This document shows, in pieces, positions 21,348 through 31,857 of a DNA stretch of 64,000 nucleotides. This stretch comes from Ignavibacteriota bacterium (GTDB taxonomy: Bacteria; Bacteroidota; Ignavibacteria; UBA10030; CAVZMI01). The translations under genes and the position numbers were made by a program. Under the pieces are notes generated by a model. It had not been told where the DNA came from, did not search any database, and worked only from the letters and a program-made list of their open reading frames with translations. Each line of letters begins with the position of its first letter. Position 1 is the stretch's first letter. The stretch is from NCBI GenBank assembly GCA_963776275.1, contig CAVZMI010000021.1, positions 192,001 through 256,000 on the forward strand, read 5' to 3'.

Positions 21348-22621
21348 TGAATCATATGAGGGTATTACGAATTATCCTGATCAGTCTTCTTCCGAGTCTT
21401 GTCGCCTTTGCAGATGGATCGACATATTCACGATATGGGATTGGTGATATCATCTATAATGCCGGCGGAACCCGCATAGGCAGCGCGGGAGTCAGCATTG
21501 CCAATCTGGGTCCATCCTCTATTAATCGCATCAATCCGGCGGGATTAACCGGATTACGGTATGTGCGATTCTCCGGAGGGTTTACATACAGTGCAACATC
21601 CACAAAAGATCAGAATCAATCGGCGTACTTCAGTGACGGCACTTTTACAGGTATGTACATAGGCCTTCCACTATGGAGTGAATACGGGTTGGCAATTTCG
21701 GCCGGCCTCGCACCCTACAACGCAATGAATTATAAAGTACGGCTCCCTTCAGATCAATTCGGAGTTCAATATGACATTAACTACATCGGCGAAGGAGGTT
21801 TTTCGAAATCTTCATTCGCAATAGCGATGCGGCCGATGAATTCGCTTTCAATCGGTTTCTCATATAATTATATTTTCGGCAATCTCCGGACGAAATGGCA
21901 GACTCAATCAACTGCATACGATTTTTACTCGTCCGAAGTCGTACGTAGCACGGAAGCGCGCGGTTCTTCATTCACCATAGGTTGGATTTATACCGGGCTT
22001 GGCTCGTTTATCGATGTAAAAGAAATCGAACCGCTCTCGGTCGGTGCGGTGCTCACGACTCCGACAACACTCTCGACAACGCGCCGTACTGTGTATGGAT
22101 ACTCAACCGGACCGGACACATCAGCGGCAGATAAGGGTACTCTTACAATCCCGATCGCGTATGGCATCGGCCTTTCATATCGTGTCAGTAATCGATTTAT
22201 TGTTGCAAGCGATATCTATACGCAGGAATGGCAGAATATGAAGCTCAACGGTACGACGTACAACGAAATACGTCGCAGCGTCCGCTATGCAATCGGCGCC
22301 GAATATCTCCCGCTACAGGAACCGAGCATTACATTTGTCAATCACCTTTCCTATCAAGTTGGATTTGCATATAATAAAACATATTATAGAATTCAGGGAG
22401 AACCAATAGACGAATTTTCTTTCTCGGCGGGTATGAGTATTCCGATCATATATGATACGAAACTCAATGTTGCGTGCGAATATCTCATCCGTGGAACGAC
22501 AAAGCAGGTGACAGCTCCTGGTTCAGCTTCGCCGATCTTTCTTGTAAAGGATAACATTTTCCGCTTGAACTTTGAGCTTGGTATCGGTGAACTGTGGTTC
22601 ATTCAATCAACAGAAGAATAA
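21344..22621 (+). CDS. outer-membrane beta-barrel protein (FadL/PorV-like)
   Basis: STYSRYGIGD, INPAGL and C-terminal GELWF motifs; alternating beta pattern. Confidence 0.7.
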   Translation: MMNHMRVLRIILISLLPSLVAFADGSTYSRYGIGDIIYNAGGTRIGSAGVSIANLGPSSINRINPAGLTGLRYVRFSGGFTYSATSTKDQNQSAYFSDGTFTGMYIGLPLWSEYGLAISAGLAPYNAMNYKVRLPSDQFGVQYDINYIGEGGFSKSSFAIAMRPMNSLSIGFSYNYIFGNLRTKWQTQSTAYDFYSSEVVRSTEARGSSFTIGWIYTGLGSFIDVKEIEPLSVGAVLTTPTTLSTTRRTVYGYSTGPDTSAADKGTLTIPIAYGIGLSYRVSNRFIVASDIYTQEWQNMKLNGTTYNEIRRSVRYAIGAEYLPLQEPSITFVNHLSYQVGFAYNKTYYRIQGEPIDEFSFSAGMSIPIIYDTKLNVACEYLIRGTTKQVTAPGSASPIFLVKDNIFRLNFELGIGELWFIQSTEE

Positions 22622-22631
22622 GAGCATAACT

Positions 22632-23069
22632 ATGATAGCAATAGCCAGCGATCACGCCGGATATATTTATAAAGAAAAAATCAAAGGACTCCTTGATCAG
22701 CTTGGATTGGAGTATCAGGATTTTGGAATTCACTCCAACAAGCCTTCCGATTATCCTGATGAGGGACATGCTGCTTCCGAAGCGGTTTCCAAAGGCGTCG
22801 CCGATCGCGGTATCCTTGTCTGCGGCAGCGGTATCGGCATGGATATCGTTGCCAATAAATCCGATGGAGTCCGCGCAGCCCTTTGTTTCACCGAAGAAAT
22901 GGCGCTGCTTTCACGCCGGCATAATGATGCCAATATTCTCGTAGTAGGCGAACGCGTCACTCCATGGGAAACCGTTGAGAAAATTACCCGTACATGGCTC
23001 TCAACTCCGTTTGAAGGCGGCCGGCACCAACGCCGTGTCGAAAAAATCCATTCATTGACACACCGGTAA
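22632..23069 (+). CDS. rpiB: ribose-5-phosphate isomerase B
   Basis: IASDHAG, CGSGIG, RRHNDAN and FEGGRHQRRV motifs; start set at MIAIA. Confidence 0.95.
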   Translation: MIAIASDHAGYIYKEKIKGLLDQLGLEYQDFGIHSNKPSDYPDEGHAASEAVSKGVADRGILVCGSGIGMDIVANKSDGVRAALCFTEEMALLSRRHNDANILVVGERVTPWETVEKITRTWLSTPFEGGRHQRRVEKIHSLTHR

Positions 23070-23084
23070 AAAAGGAATAACATT

Positions 23085-24377
23085 GTGGACTCACTTAAAC
23101 AATTCGATCCGGAAGTATTTTCTTCCATTCAAAACGAAGTTCACCGTCAGAACACAAAACTCGAACTTATCGCCTCTGAGAATTTCGTAAGTCCTGCCGT
23201 GCTCCAGGCCATGGGATCGGTCATGACAAATAAGTACGCCGAAGGATATCCCGGCAAACGATACTATGGCGGATGCGAATTCGTCGATGTCGCAGATGAC
23301 CTTGCACGGAGTCGCGTGAAAGAGCTTTTCGGCGCCGAATATGCGAACGTCCAACCACACTCGGGTTCACAGGCAAATATGGCGGTCTATTTTACTTTTG
23401 TCAAACCGGGAGATAAGGTGATGGGGATGAACCTTTCCCACGGCGGACATCTGACACATGGATCACCTGTAAATTTTTCCGGGCAGCTTTACAATTTTGT
23501 CGCCTACGGCACTTCAAAAGAGACCGGCTGTATCGATTATAATGAAGTGGAAGATATTGCCACCCGTGAAAAACCTAAAATGATCACGGTCGGTGCCAGT
23601 GCTTACTCGCGTAACATCGATTATAAAAAATTTCGTATCATCGCCGACAAAATCGGTGCTTTCCTTTTTGCCGATATTGCCCATCCGGCCGGACTTATCG
23701 CAAAGAAGCTTTTAGACGATCCTCTACCCTATTGCCACGTCGTTACATCAACGACTCATAAAACGCTCCGCGGTCCTCGTGGAGGATTGATCTTGATGGG
23801 GAAAGATTTTGAAAATCCCTTCGGGATCGTCGCTCCGAAATCGGGCCGAAAGAAAATGATGTCGGAATTAATCGATTCAATGGTGATTCCCGGTATTCAG
23901 GGTGAACCTTTAATGCACGTCATCGCCGCCAAAGCGGTCGCATTTAAAGAGGCTCTGGAACCCGAATTTACAACCTATGCAAAGCAGATTATCAGCAATG
24001 CAAAGGCTCTTGCAGCCGCACTAACAAAAAGAGGATTCTACATAATTTCCGGCGGAACCGATAACCATTTGATGCTTATAGATTTACGCAATAAAAATAT
24101 CACCGGAAAAGATGCTCAGGAAGCGCTCGATCTGGCAGGTATTACGGTGAATAAAAATGCTGTACCGTACGATGATAAGAGTCCGCTTATCACAAGCGGT
24201 ATTCGCATCGGCTCTCCGGCGGCCACAACCCGCGGAATGAAAGAGTCGGAGATGGACGTAATCGCCGAGGTGATCGATGAGACACTCCGTAATATCGGGA
24301 ATACTTCTGTATACGCTTCCATCAAACAGCGGGTAGCATCATTCTGCAACACATTCCCATTGTATGCTGAGATTTAG
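23085..24377 (+). CDS. glyA: serine hydroxymethyltransferase
   Basis: [33 protein letters not shown] and GGTDNH motifs. Confidence 0.97.
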   Translation: MDSLKQFDPEVFSSIQNEVHRQNTKLELIASENFVSPAVLQAMGSVMTNKYAEGYPGKRYYGGCEFVDVADDLARSRVKELFGAEYANVQPHSGSQANMAVYFTFVKPGDKVMGMNLSHGGHLTHGSPVNFSGQLYNFVAYGTSKETGCIDYNEVEDIATREKPKMITVGASAYSRNIDYKKFRIIADKIGAFLFADIAHPAGLIAKKLLDDPLPYCHVVTSTTHKTLRGPRGGLILMGKDFENPFGIVAPKSGRKKMMSELIDSMVIPGIQGEPLMHVIAAKAVAFKEALEPEFTTYAKQIISNAKALAAALTKRGFYIISGGTDNHLMLIDLRNKNITGKDAQEALDLAGITVNKNAVPYDDKSPLITSGIRIGSPAATTRGMKESEMDVIAEVIDETLRNIGNTSVYASIKQRVASFCNTFPLYAEI

Positions 24378-25140
24378 AAAACAGAAGAACGACCCTGAGT
24401 TGGAGATGGGGTTCCTCGATCATCTTGAAGAACTGCGCTGGCGGATTATCAAGATGCTCATCAGTGTTGTCCTGTGCGGAATTATTATCGCCTTCTTTTC
24501 CGATTGGATTGTAAACGAAGTTATTCTCGCACCGGCAAAACATGTCCACCCCCCGCTCAGACTGATCAATGTCAGTCCCTATGGCCAGGTTCTTTTCTAC
24601 CTTGAAGTCATCATTATCGGTGGTTTAATTCTAAGTGTGCCTTTTATTCTATACCAATTCTGGAAATTTATTGAACCGGGTTTACTGCCGAAAGAACAGC
24701 AGTATGTTTCATCAATCGTCGGTTTTACATCGCTCTGTTTTTTTACAGGAGTTTTGTTCGCGTATTTCGTCATTCTTCCCCAAGCACTCGGTTTTTTCGC
24801 GGTCTTTGGTTCATCAATGATTGAAAACATGATCGACGTGAAGGAATACCGTAGTTTTGTATTGAGCCTGATCCTGGCATCGGGTCTTGTATTTGAATTG
24901 CCGATGATTTCATATTTCCTCGCGCGATTCGGCATTATCACGACCGACTTTATGCGAAAATATCGCCGTCATGCAATTGTAGTTATTCTAATTCTGGCAG
25001 GTGTTCTGACACCAGGCCCGGATGTTACAAGTCAGGTCTGCCTTGGGGTTCCGTTAATCGTCCTCTACGAGATCAGCATTCTCATTGCCCGCTTTGCCCA
25101 GAAGAAACGCGCGAAAGCAAATGCAATGGAGACGATATGA
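24364..25140 (+). CDS. tatC: twin-arginine translocase subunit TatC
   Basis: [26 protein letters not shown] and LTPGPD motifs. Confidence 0.95.
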   Translation: MLRFRKQKNDPELEMGFLDHLEELRWRIIKMLISVVLCGIIIAFFSDWIVNEVILAPAKHVHPPLRLINVSPYGQVLFYLEVIIIGGLILSVPFILYQFWKFIEPGLLPKEQQYVSSIVGFTSLCFFTGVLFAYFVILPQALGFFAVFGSSMIENMIDVKEYRSFVLSLILASGLVFELPMISYFLARFGIITTDFMRKYRRHAIVVILILAGVLTPGPDVTSQVCLGVPLIVLYEISILIARFAQKKRAKANAMETI

Positions 25141-26120
25141 GCACAACGATAAACCTTGAGGCCATCGAACAGCCGATCGAAAAAGAACTGAAAGAATTTT
25201 CGGGATATTTCAAATCCGCAATGAAATCCCATGTCGCTATCGTCAACGTCATCGCACGCTATATTGTAAAACAAAAAGGAAAGAAGATCCGCCCTGTCCT
25301 GGTGTTTCTCTCTGCAAAGGCGACGGGAGGTATAACCGAACGTTCCTACCGCGCGGCAACACTTGTCGAAATCCTTCACACGGCAACACTGATCCATGAC
25401 GATGTTGTCGACGATGCAGATACACGTCGCGGACTCGCTTCGATCAACGCTGTCTGGAAAAATAAGGTCGCTGTGCTTATGGGTGATTTCCTTCTTTCAC
25501 GCGGACTCCTCGTAGCACTGACGCATGACGATTTCTATTTCCTCAAGACAACGTCGAATGCCGTGAAGCGTATGAGCGAAGGAGAGTTGCTGCAGATCCA
25601 AAAGAGCCGGAGTATGGATCTTGAAGAGAAAACATATCTTCAGATTATCGGCGATAAGACGGCGTCGTTGCTTTCGACCTGTTGTGAAATCGGCGCCCAC
25701 TCAAGCGGTGCGGATACAACACTTGTGCATGCGATGCGCGAGTACGGCGAGAACATCGGCATGGCATTTCAGATTCGTGATGATGTTCTCGACTATATCG
25801 GGCGAAAGAGCATCACCGGAAAACCGACCGGTCTCGATATCAAGGAGAAGAAACTTTCGCTCCCGCTCATTCACGCCATTCAACAATCTCAGAAAAAAGA
25901 GGGAAAGCAAATCGTAAGATTGATAAAGAACGGCGCATCAACGAAAAACGTCCAATCGGTAATCGATTTCGTACAGACACACGGTGGAATCGAGTACGCC
26001 ATGCAGTGTGCCCGCCAATTCGGCAAGCGTGCACGTGGAGCTCTGGCATCTCTTCCTCCTTCCGATGCAAAAAAATCCCTCGATGCATTTATTGACTTTG
26101 TTATCGAACGGAAGAAATAG
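25137..26120 (+). CDS. polyprenyl diphosphate synthase (IspB/HepT-like)
   Basis: GKKIRP, LIHDDVVDDADTRRG and FQIRDD motifs. Confidence 0.9.
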   Translation: MSTTINLEAIEQPIEKELKEFSGYFKSAMKSHVAIVNVIARYIVKQKGKKIRPVLVFLSAKATGGITERSYRAATLVEILHTATLIHDDVVDDADTRRGLASINAVWKNKVAVLMGDFLLSRGLLVALTHDDFYFLKTTSNAVKRMSEGELLQIQKSRSMDLEEKTYLQIIGDKTASLLSTCCEIGAHSSGADTTLVHAMREYGENIGMAFQIRDDVLDYIGRKSITGKPTGLDIKEKKLSLPLIHAIQQSQKKEGKQIVRLIKNGASTKNVQSVIDFVQTHGGIEYAMQCARQFGKRARGALASLPPSDAKKSLDAFIDFVIERKK

Positions 26121-26203
26121 CTATAAGCCTTGAGAGTTGGTCTCCCTGACAATATCCCCTTTATACTTTTTCCTTTTTCACTTCTCGTCCTGTACTAAAG
26201 TAT

Positions 26204-26400
26204 TGCTACGCCAGGCGAGTCCCTATATACCCAATAATCCTCGGGAGCCTAATTGTCCGCCGATTCATCCGCCGACTTGTCCACCGAAGCGAAGTGTAGG
26301 TGGAAGCGGAGCAAAGGCGGAGCTCCCTCACAGAACAGCTGCCTAAAAAGAATGGTTCGAGAGAGGCTCACTTCCCGAGGCATGATAACCCACTGCAACT
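26204..26400 (-). ncRNA. putative rod-shaped ncRNA (6S-like) carrying a palindromic insertion
   Basis: Minus-strand pairings GUUGC/GUAGC, GUGGGUU/GACUCGC (G-U wobbles fix the strand) and CCUCGGG..GAGCCU/AGGCUC.CCGAGG, with an internal bubble. Upstream TTGTAT-17-TATAAC. Confidence 0.45.
26256..26321. repeat. nested short palindromic element (TCCGCC...GGCGGA type)
   Basis: Three left arms (tccgcc, tccgcc, tccacc) closed by ggtgga, gcgga and ggcgga. Confidence 0.65.
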
Positions 26401-26467
26401 GATATTACGTTATATTTGTTATCTTTTTTAGATACAAAAAGTGTCGTTTTTAAAGCTTTTTTAGTAC

Positions 26468-26496
26468 TTGACATTTTCAATGCTTGTTCTTACTAT
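26468..26496 (+). promoter_or_regulatory. sigma70 promoter
   Basis: TTGACA-17 nt-TACTAT. Confidence 0.65.
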
Positions 26497-26541
26497 CCTT
26501 TTGTAGTCCGTTATCGTTCTTTTTAGAAAGGGGGATCTTCT

Positions 26542-26718
26542 ATGAAATCCGCACCAAATTCTTTCCGTAATCAACAGAAGCAAAGTAAGTTGTTCCTCCG
26601 CAAACTCGATCCAAACGATAAACAGTACAAATTAAAGAACGGGAATCTACAACGTCTGCGCATGGTAGGTAGCGTGAGAAATGCAGGTCATGTGAGAGGA
26701 GGACACGCATTCCATTAG
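26542..26718 (+). CDS. small basic hypothetical protein (58 aa), below the ORF-track cutoff
   Basis: MKSAPNSFRNQQKQSKLFLRKLDPNDKQYKLKNGNLQRLRMVGSVRNAGHVRGGHAFH; purine-rich RBS GAAAGGGGGA, own promoter and downstream terminator. Confidence 0.5.
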   Translation: MKSAPNSFRNQQKQSKLFLRKLDPNDKQYKLKNGNLQRLRMVGSVRNAGHVRGGHAFH

Positions 26719-26841
26719 AAAAGCCGGGAGATTTCTGATTTATGTCTACGACCCTTCGGGATTTCTGATTTATGATTGATGAGTAAATAGACAAATGAGC
26801 GTGTAGGTTCGTATACCATCAACCCGAAATCTGAAATAAAA

Positions 26842-26878
26842 AGCCCCATTCCTTCAGAGTGAACGGGGCTACTTTTTT
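26842..26878 (+). terminator. intrinsic terminator (possibly bidirectional)
   Basis: AGCCCC...GGGGCT stem followed by a T-run and preceded by an A-run. Confidence 0.6.
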
Positions 26879-26925
26879 CAACCTTCAACCTTCAACTTTC
26901 AACCTTCAACCTTCAACCTTCAACC
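26877..26925. repeat. heptamer tandem repeat (TTCAACC)x7
   Basis: Read directly; one copy is TTCAACT. Confidence 0.9.
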
Positions 26926-26954
26926 TTTTTCATTACGGCATCACAAAATCTCTC

Positions 26955-27497
26955 TCATCCGGCCTGAGAGAAAGACGGGCACGGCGCTTTTCGAACAACT
27001 TTCTCGGCTGTACTGCCGAACAGCATATGTTCCACTCCGCTGTGGCCGTGTGTCGCAATAATAATGAGATCGACTTCTTCTTCACGCGCCGTCTTAATAA
27101 TTTCAATAAATGCTTTCCCTGTCAGCACCAGCTTTCTCGCTTTTACTTCTTTCCTGATTTCTTTTTCGATTAATCCCGCCAGTTGTTCTTCACCCCGCGA
27201 ACGAAATTCATCTTCAACATTCGGAAACCCGAATTGACCGAAGCTGAAATCGGCCGGATACACCGTCGGTTCGACGACATAGACGAGGATGATCTCTGCT
27301 CCAAACTGTTTGGCAAACGGGACTGCATACTTCAACGCGTTCTTGGAATGTTCCGAAAAATCGATCGGGACAAGAATTCGTTTCAACGCAAATTTCAATT
27401 GCGGAGATGGAGTGCGCCGAGCAGTTGTTTTGTGCGGCTTCCGCGTTGTGCGTGATGATGGTTTTTGTGCACGAGAGGAACGTTTTTTCCGTGGCAT
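26955..27497 (-). CDS. universal stress protein (UspA family)
   Basis: ILVPIDFS, ATHGHSG and FGSTAEKVVRKAPCP motifs; the C-terminus looks frameshifted. Confidence 0.9.
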   Translation of the reverse strand: MPRKKRSSRAQKPSSRTTRKPHKTTARRTPSPQLKFALKRILVPIDFSEHSKNALKYAVPFAKQFGAEIILVYVVEPTVYPADFSFGQFGFPNVEDEFRSRGEEQLAGLIEKEIRKEVKARKLVLTGKAFIEIIKTAREEEVDLIIIATHGHSGVEHMLFGSTAEKVVRKAPCPSFSQAG

Positions 27498-27511
27498 ATG
27501 ACCCTCCACGA

Positions 27512-28054
27512 TCAATGGTGTATTGAATCGAGTTCAGAGCGAAGACGCATGAGTTCAATATCGGTAACGCGCAGTCGTTCGCCGACCATCTCGGCAAGCT
27601 TGAGAAGGATTTTGAGACCGAGCTGGGGATATTTCCGGATAACTTCAAAAAGATCCGGCCGGAAAAAACCGATCAACTTGCATGGAGTGCGGGCAATTGC
27701 ACACGCCGAGCGCGAACGTTCATCAAGCAGCGCGAGTTCACCGAAGAAATCCCCTTCGCGAAGCTGCGTCAATTCTTTCTGCTGTTGTTTCTCATCAAGA
27801 ACGACGATTGCAATCGATCCCTCTTCAATTACATACATTCCCAGACCGGGATCGCCTTGATAAAAAATGAATTCTCCGTTTTGATATTCCCGTCGATGGA
27901 CAATCGCCGAGATTAGACGCAGCTCACGGACGTTCAATTGTGAAAATGCCGGCACGAGAGAAAGAAGGTGCTCGGCCGTTCCTTCTTTTAAGGTTTTTGA
28001 ACGGAAAATATTCCGCCAAAAAATGCTTTCGGATTTGTCGCCGTTTGACGCCAT
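27512..28054 (-). CDS. cyclic nucleotide-binding domain protein
   Basis: IFYQGDPG and GDFFGELALL..RSA motifs; no obvious HTH. Confidence 0.85.
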   Translation of the reverse strand: MASNGDKSESIFWRNIFRSKTLKEGTAEHLLSLVPAFSQLNVRELRLISAIVHRREYQNGEFIFYQGDPGLGMYVIEEGSIAIVVLDEKQQQKELTQLREGDFFGELALLDERSRSACAIARTPCKLIGFFRPDLFEVIRKYPQLGLKILLKLAEMVGERLRVTDIELMRLRSELDSIHH

Positions 28055-28085
28055 GGGTCGTCCAATAGTGTTATGATACCGAGAA

Positions 28086-28114
28086 ATTGTACAGAATAAA
28101 GCCTAGAAAGTCAA
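28086..28114 (-). promoter_or_regulatory. sigma70 promoter of the cNMP-USP operon
   Basis: TTGACT-17 nt-TACAAT on the minus strand. Confidence 0.55.
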
Positions 28115-28295
28115 CCGCCAATCATCGAAAAAGTCGGCTCATAGTCCAGAAGCCGCCTTTTTCCTTCAATTTGTCCCGAGTTAATCCCAACAGCCTGTCC
28201 TGAACGACTTGCCACGAGTGACTCGTGTCGAGCGCAGTTGAGATGAATTGAATAATGGCGGGATGAGCCGAGTGATTTTTTCCCTCATCTTTTAT

Positions 28296-28340
28296 CCCTT
28301 CGACTCGCACTACCTAGGGTAGTACTAGCTCAGGGCAAGC
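28296..28340. repeat. REP-like palindrome with inner hairpin
   Basis: CCCTTCGACT...GCTCAGGGCAAGC enclosing ACTACC-TAG-GGTAGT. Confidence 0.5.
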
Positions 28341-28361
28341 TTTTATCTTTTTCCTTTTATC

Positions 28362-29279
28362 TTAGATATATGTCAGCCACCCGAACTTATCATTGCCATT
28401 GTGCACAATGTCGTAAAAAGCTTCTCTTAATTTTTTCATCACCGGTCCCGGTTTTCCCTCACCGATAACGATTTTATCAATAGATCGTATCGATGAAATC
28501 TCGGCTGCCGTTCCCGTGAAGAAGACCTCTTGGGCGAGATAGAGCATCTCGCGCGGGATATTCATTTCACGAATCTCGATGCCAAGACTCTTTGCAAGCG
28601 CGATAACACTGTATCGCGTAATTCCCGGAAGGATTGCCGATATCAACGGCGTCGTATAGAGAACGCCCTCCTGTACAATGAAAATATTTTCACCGCTCCC
28701 CTCGCTGATGTGTCCCGACACGTCGAGGGCGATTCCTTCGACATACCCGTTGGCGAGCGCTTCGAGCTTCATGAGCTGTGAGTTCAGATAATTACCACCC
28801 GCTTTCGCCATCGTCGGAATCGTATCGGGTGCGGGACGCCGCCAGCTTGAGACGCAGACATCGATTCCTTTTTCCATAGCATCCTTCCCAAGATATGCTC
28901 CCCATTCCCAGACTGCAATGGCGAGATCGACCGGGCATCCGAGTGGATTCACCCCAACATCACCGTATCCTCTGAATGCAACAGGACGGATGTAGCATTC
29001 CCTCAGCTTGTTCGCATGGATTGTCTCAATAACCGCTCTGGCAATTTCCTCTTTTGTATAGGGAATCTGTGAACGGTAGATTTTCGCGGAATCGATCAGC
29101 CGCTGTAGATGCCGCTCAAGATGGAAAATTGCCGATCCTTTTGCCGTATTGTAACAACGAATTCCTTCGAACCAGCTTGAGCCGTAGTGAATAACATGGG
29201 AAAGGACATGGATCTTCGCGTCATCCCAATCCACCAGTTTCCCATTCATCCATATTTTATCGACTTTCTGTAGAGCCAT
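28362..29279 (-). CDS. ilvE: branched-chain amino acid aminotransferase
   Basis: [34 protein letters not shown] and GTAAE motifs. Confidence 0.95.
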   Translation of the reverse strand: MALQKVDKIWMNGKLVDWDDAKIHVLSHVIHYGSSWFEGIRCYNTAKGSAIFHLERHLQRLIDSAKIYRSQIPYTKEEIARAVIETIHANKLRECYIRPVAFRGYGDVGVNPLGCPVDLAIAVWEWGAYLGKDAMEKGIDVCVSSWRRPAPDTIPTMAKAGGNYLNSQLMKLEALANGYVEGIALDVSGHISEGSGENIFIVQEGVLYTTPLISAILPGITRYSVIALAKSLGIEIREMNIPREMLYLAQEVFFTGTAAEISSIRSIDKIVIGEGKPGPVMKKLREAFYDIVHNGNDKFGWLTYI

Positions 29280-29311
29280 AGAAAATCCTCCCAAAAATGT
29301 ATAGTTTTCGT

Positions 29312-30430
29312 TTACAGCGGGAGTTCATAGATACGGTATTTCTTGTAGAGCCGTGCATTCATCGTCTCGGCTGCACGATTCATCATCAGATTATCTTCCA
29401 AAATCCAGCTCGCTTCTCCATAATAATATCCAAGCTTGCGGGCACGAACCGCCGTTTCATAGAATAAGACACTTGCCGCACCTGTCTGTTTATATTCCGG
29501 CAATACACCCAACACAATAACGCGGGCGCGATTAATTTTTTTCTTTTTAGTGAAGAGATGATAAAGCCCCGTGAGCAGCATTCCGCTCTTGTTGTATTTC
29601 AACGCAATATTGATATCCGGGATCGCGAGCGCAAATCCAATAAGTTCTTTATCCTTCTCTGCCATAATCACCAGATCCGGCACGACGATCGGCCTTAAGT
29701 CAGCTGCGAGCGCAACAAATTCTGCATCCGTCATTGGGACTGCGCCCCAATTGTACGACCAGGCTTCGTTGTAAATATTCTTTATACGATTGACTTCGTT
29801 GGCGAAGTCTTTCATTTCCAGCGATCGAAACGTCAGTGAATTACGTTTCTTTACCATTTCCGCTACACGAATGAATTTTTCAGAATAAACCTGATCCTGA
29901 TTTAATTCGTATGCGTAAAGGCCCTTGACCTTTTTTAAACCATATGAATCATGGAGATCAATATAATACCGGGGATTATATGTCATCATAATCACCGGAG
30001 GCGAATCAAATCCTTCGATTAACAACCCGATTTCGTCGTTGACTGACGGATTGACCGGTCCGCGCATCGCCGTGACGCCTCGCTGTTTCAACCAGACTCT
30101 CGCCGTATTGAACAGAGCAACAGCGACTTCCTGGTCATTGATTGATTCGAAGAAACCGTAAAAGCCTATATTTTCGCGATGTTCCTTATTATGATTGTGG
30201 TTGATAATCGCTGCAATACGTCCGACGACTTCGCCATCGCGTTCGGCGAGAAAGAACTCCGAATCGGAATGCGCGTAGAAAGGATTCCGCTCGCGATCCA
30301 TCAACTTTTTCCGGTCCATCATGAGCGGTGGAACCCAGTACGGATCATTTTTATAAATTTTCCAGAGGAACCGGATAAATTTTATTATATCTTTTTTCGA
30401 TTCCAGAGGGCGAATGATAAGGCTGCTCAT
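29312..30430 (-). CDS. GNAT-like N-acyltransferase, probable bacterial ceramide synthase
   Basis: [39 protein letters not shown] and EASWILEDN motifs; directly downstream of the spt-like gene. Confidence 0.6.
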   Translation of the reverse strand: MSSLIIRPLESKKDIIKFIRFLWKIYKNDPYWVPPLMMDRKKLMDRERNPFYAHSDSEFFLAERDGEVVGRIAAIINHNHNKEHRENIGFYGFFESINDQEVAVALFNTARVWLKQRGVTAMRGPVNPSVNDEIGLLIEGFDSPPVIMMTYNPRYYIDLHDSYGLKKVKGLYAYELNQDQVYSEKFIRVAEMVKKRNSLTFRSLEMKDFANEVNRIKNIYNEAWSYNWGAVPMTDAEFVALAADLRPIVVPDLVIMAEKDKELIGFALAIPDINIALKYNKSGMLLTGLYHLFTKKKKINRARVIVLGVLPEYKQTGAASVLFYETAVRARKLGYYYGEASWILEDNLMMNRAAETMNARLYKKYRIYELPL

Positions 30431-30439
30431 ATACTTCTC

Positions 30440-31633
30440 TCAGCCTATGACGCCGAGTTTTTTTCCCACAGTCTTAAATATTTCAAGTGCTTCATCAAGA
30501 TGACTCTCTTCGTGAGTCGCCATATAACTTGTTCGCACCATCTGCATTCCCGGCTGCACGACCGGACGGATGAAGGCGTTGACAAATACTCCGGCACGGT
30601 AGAGTTCCATCGTAAATGTAAGCGCCAGGACATCATCACCGACGATGATCGGTACAACAGCGCTGTCACCCGGAATAATGTTGAACCCGATGTTTTTAAG
30701 ACCTTCACGCATTTTCCGGGCATTTGCATGAAGCCTTGTAATCCGCTCGGGTTCGGCTTTGAGTATTTCAAGAGAAGCCAATGCGGCTGCGGCAGCTGCA
30801 GGAGTGGGACTGGCAGCAAAAATTAATGACATCGAATGATGGCGGATATAATTAATGACTTTATGCTCGCCCACGACAAAACCACCGAGAGAAGCAAAAG
30901 TCTTACTGAACGTACCGAATGTCAGATCGGTTTCCTTGACCAGATTGAAGTGACTGGCCGTTCCTCGTCCACCCTCACCGATGATGCCGGCGGCATGAGC
31001 GTCATCAATCAGAACTTTGGCATTATTTTTCTTGGCGACTTTTACAAGGTCTGGGAGATTCACAATGGTGCCCGACGAACTGAATATACCGTCGGAAACG
31101 ACAAGTTTCGGAATATCAAGCGGTATCTGTGAAATGACCCGCTCGAGATCTTCCATGTCATTATGCTTATAACGGACAAAATCTGCCGATAATCCTCGTG
31201 CCATCATGTATCCTGCCACAATTGAAGCATGGTTATCTTTGTCGGTGACAACATACTCACCCTTTTGAACAAGCGTTGGAATTATTCCCTGTGCTGTCTG
31301 GTATCCGGTACTGAATATCAGACATTCTTCGCGCTGAAAAAATTCGGCAAGTCTGTTTTCAAGCTCGACATGAATTTCAAGTGTTCCATTCAAATACCGC
31401 GATCCTGAGCAACCGCTTCCATATTTTTTTATGGCGTTAATCGCCGCTTCCTTCACTTTAGGGTGGGCTGTCAATCCAAGATAATTATTCGAACCGCACA
31501 TAATCACACGGCGGCCATCCATAATAACCACCGGGCCATCGTTCTGTTGAATCGGACGAAAATATGGATAGAGACCCGCAGCTTTTACCTCATCTGCACG
31601 GGTAAAGTCGTAACATTTTTGAAATAGGTCCAA
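30440..31633 (-). CDS. PLP-dependent alpha-oxoamine synthase, probable serine palmitoyltransferase
   Basis: [30 protein letters not shown] and [13 protein letters not shown] motifs. Confidence 0.75.
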   Translation of the reverse strand: MDLFQKCYDFTRADEVKAAGLYPYFRPIQQNDGPVVIMDGRRVIMCGSNNYLGLTAHPKVKEAAINAIKKYGSGCSGSRYLNGTLEIHVELENRLAEFFQREECLIFSTGYQTAQGIIPTLVQKGEYVVTDKDNHASIVAGYMMARGLSADFVRYKHNDMEDLERVISQIPLDIPKLVVSDGIFSSSGTIVNLPDLVKVAKKNNAKVLIDDAHAAGIIGEGGRGTASHFNLVKETDLTFGTFSKTFASLGGFVVGEHKVINYIRHHSMSLIFAASPTPAAAAAALASLEILKAEPERITRLHANARKMREGLKNIGFNIIPGDSAVVPIIVGDDVLALTFTMELYRAGVFVNAFIRPVVQPGMQMVRTSYMATHEESHLDEALEIFKTVGKKLGVIG

Positions 31634-31811
31634 TGATTTTCTCCTTATGAAACCATCGATATAAAATACACACGCGTCTCCCCCACTACGGCTTGTGTGA
31701 GTCGCTTTTCAACCTTCCTAAAATAACCAGCTGAGTATACTTCGGCTGGAACGGAGTCTAATCGCCCCGTCCGTTGAAAGGTGATTTAAATTGATTCTAG
31801 AGCCTTTTTTT

Positions 31812-31840
31812 AATATACTCCAATGTTTCAATAAAGTCAA
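31812..31840 (-). promoter_or_regulatory. sigma70 promoter of the spt operon
   Basis: TTGACT-17 nt-TATATT on the minus strand. Confidence 0.55.
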
Positions 31841-31857
31841 TCATCCTATTACTGTGT

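Noticed and set aside
23895-23910. GlyA QGEP in place of the conserved QGGP
   Set aside because: Single-base change; with frameshifts in Yip1, USP and GH35, a sequencing error is as likely as biology.
26137-26346. tmRNA tag (ORF ends in TAA-stop peptide) or real CDS
   Set aside because: No tRNA-like ends; the ORF crosses the palindromic insert and the pairing favours the minus strand.
26933-26980. Programmed frameshift at the USP C-terminus (alternative frame LSLRPDERDFVMP)
   Set aside because: No slippery site; probably a small indel or consensus error.
26859-27173. ORF with FNLQPST repeats
   Set aside because: Translation of a heptamer repeat, antisense to the USP gene.
30179-30826. Long antisense ORFs in the track (also 61669-62355, 7718-8272)
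   Set aside because: Shadow frames opposite well-supported genes.
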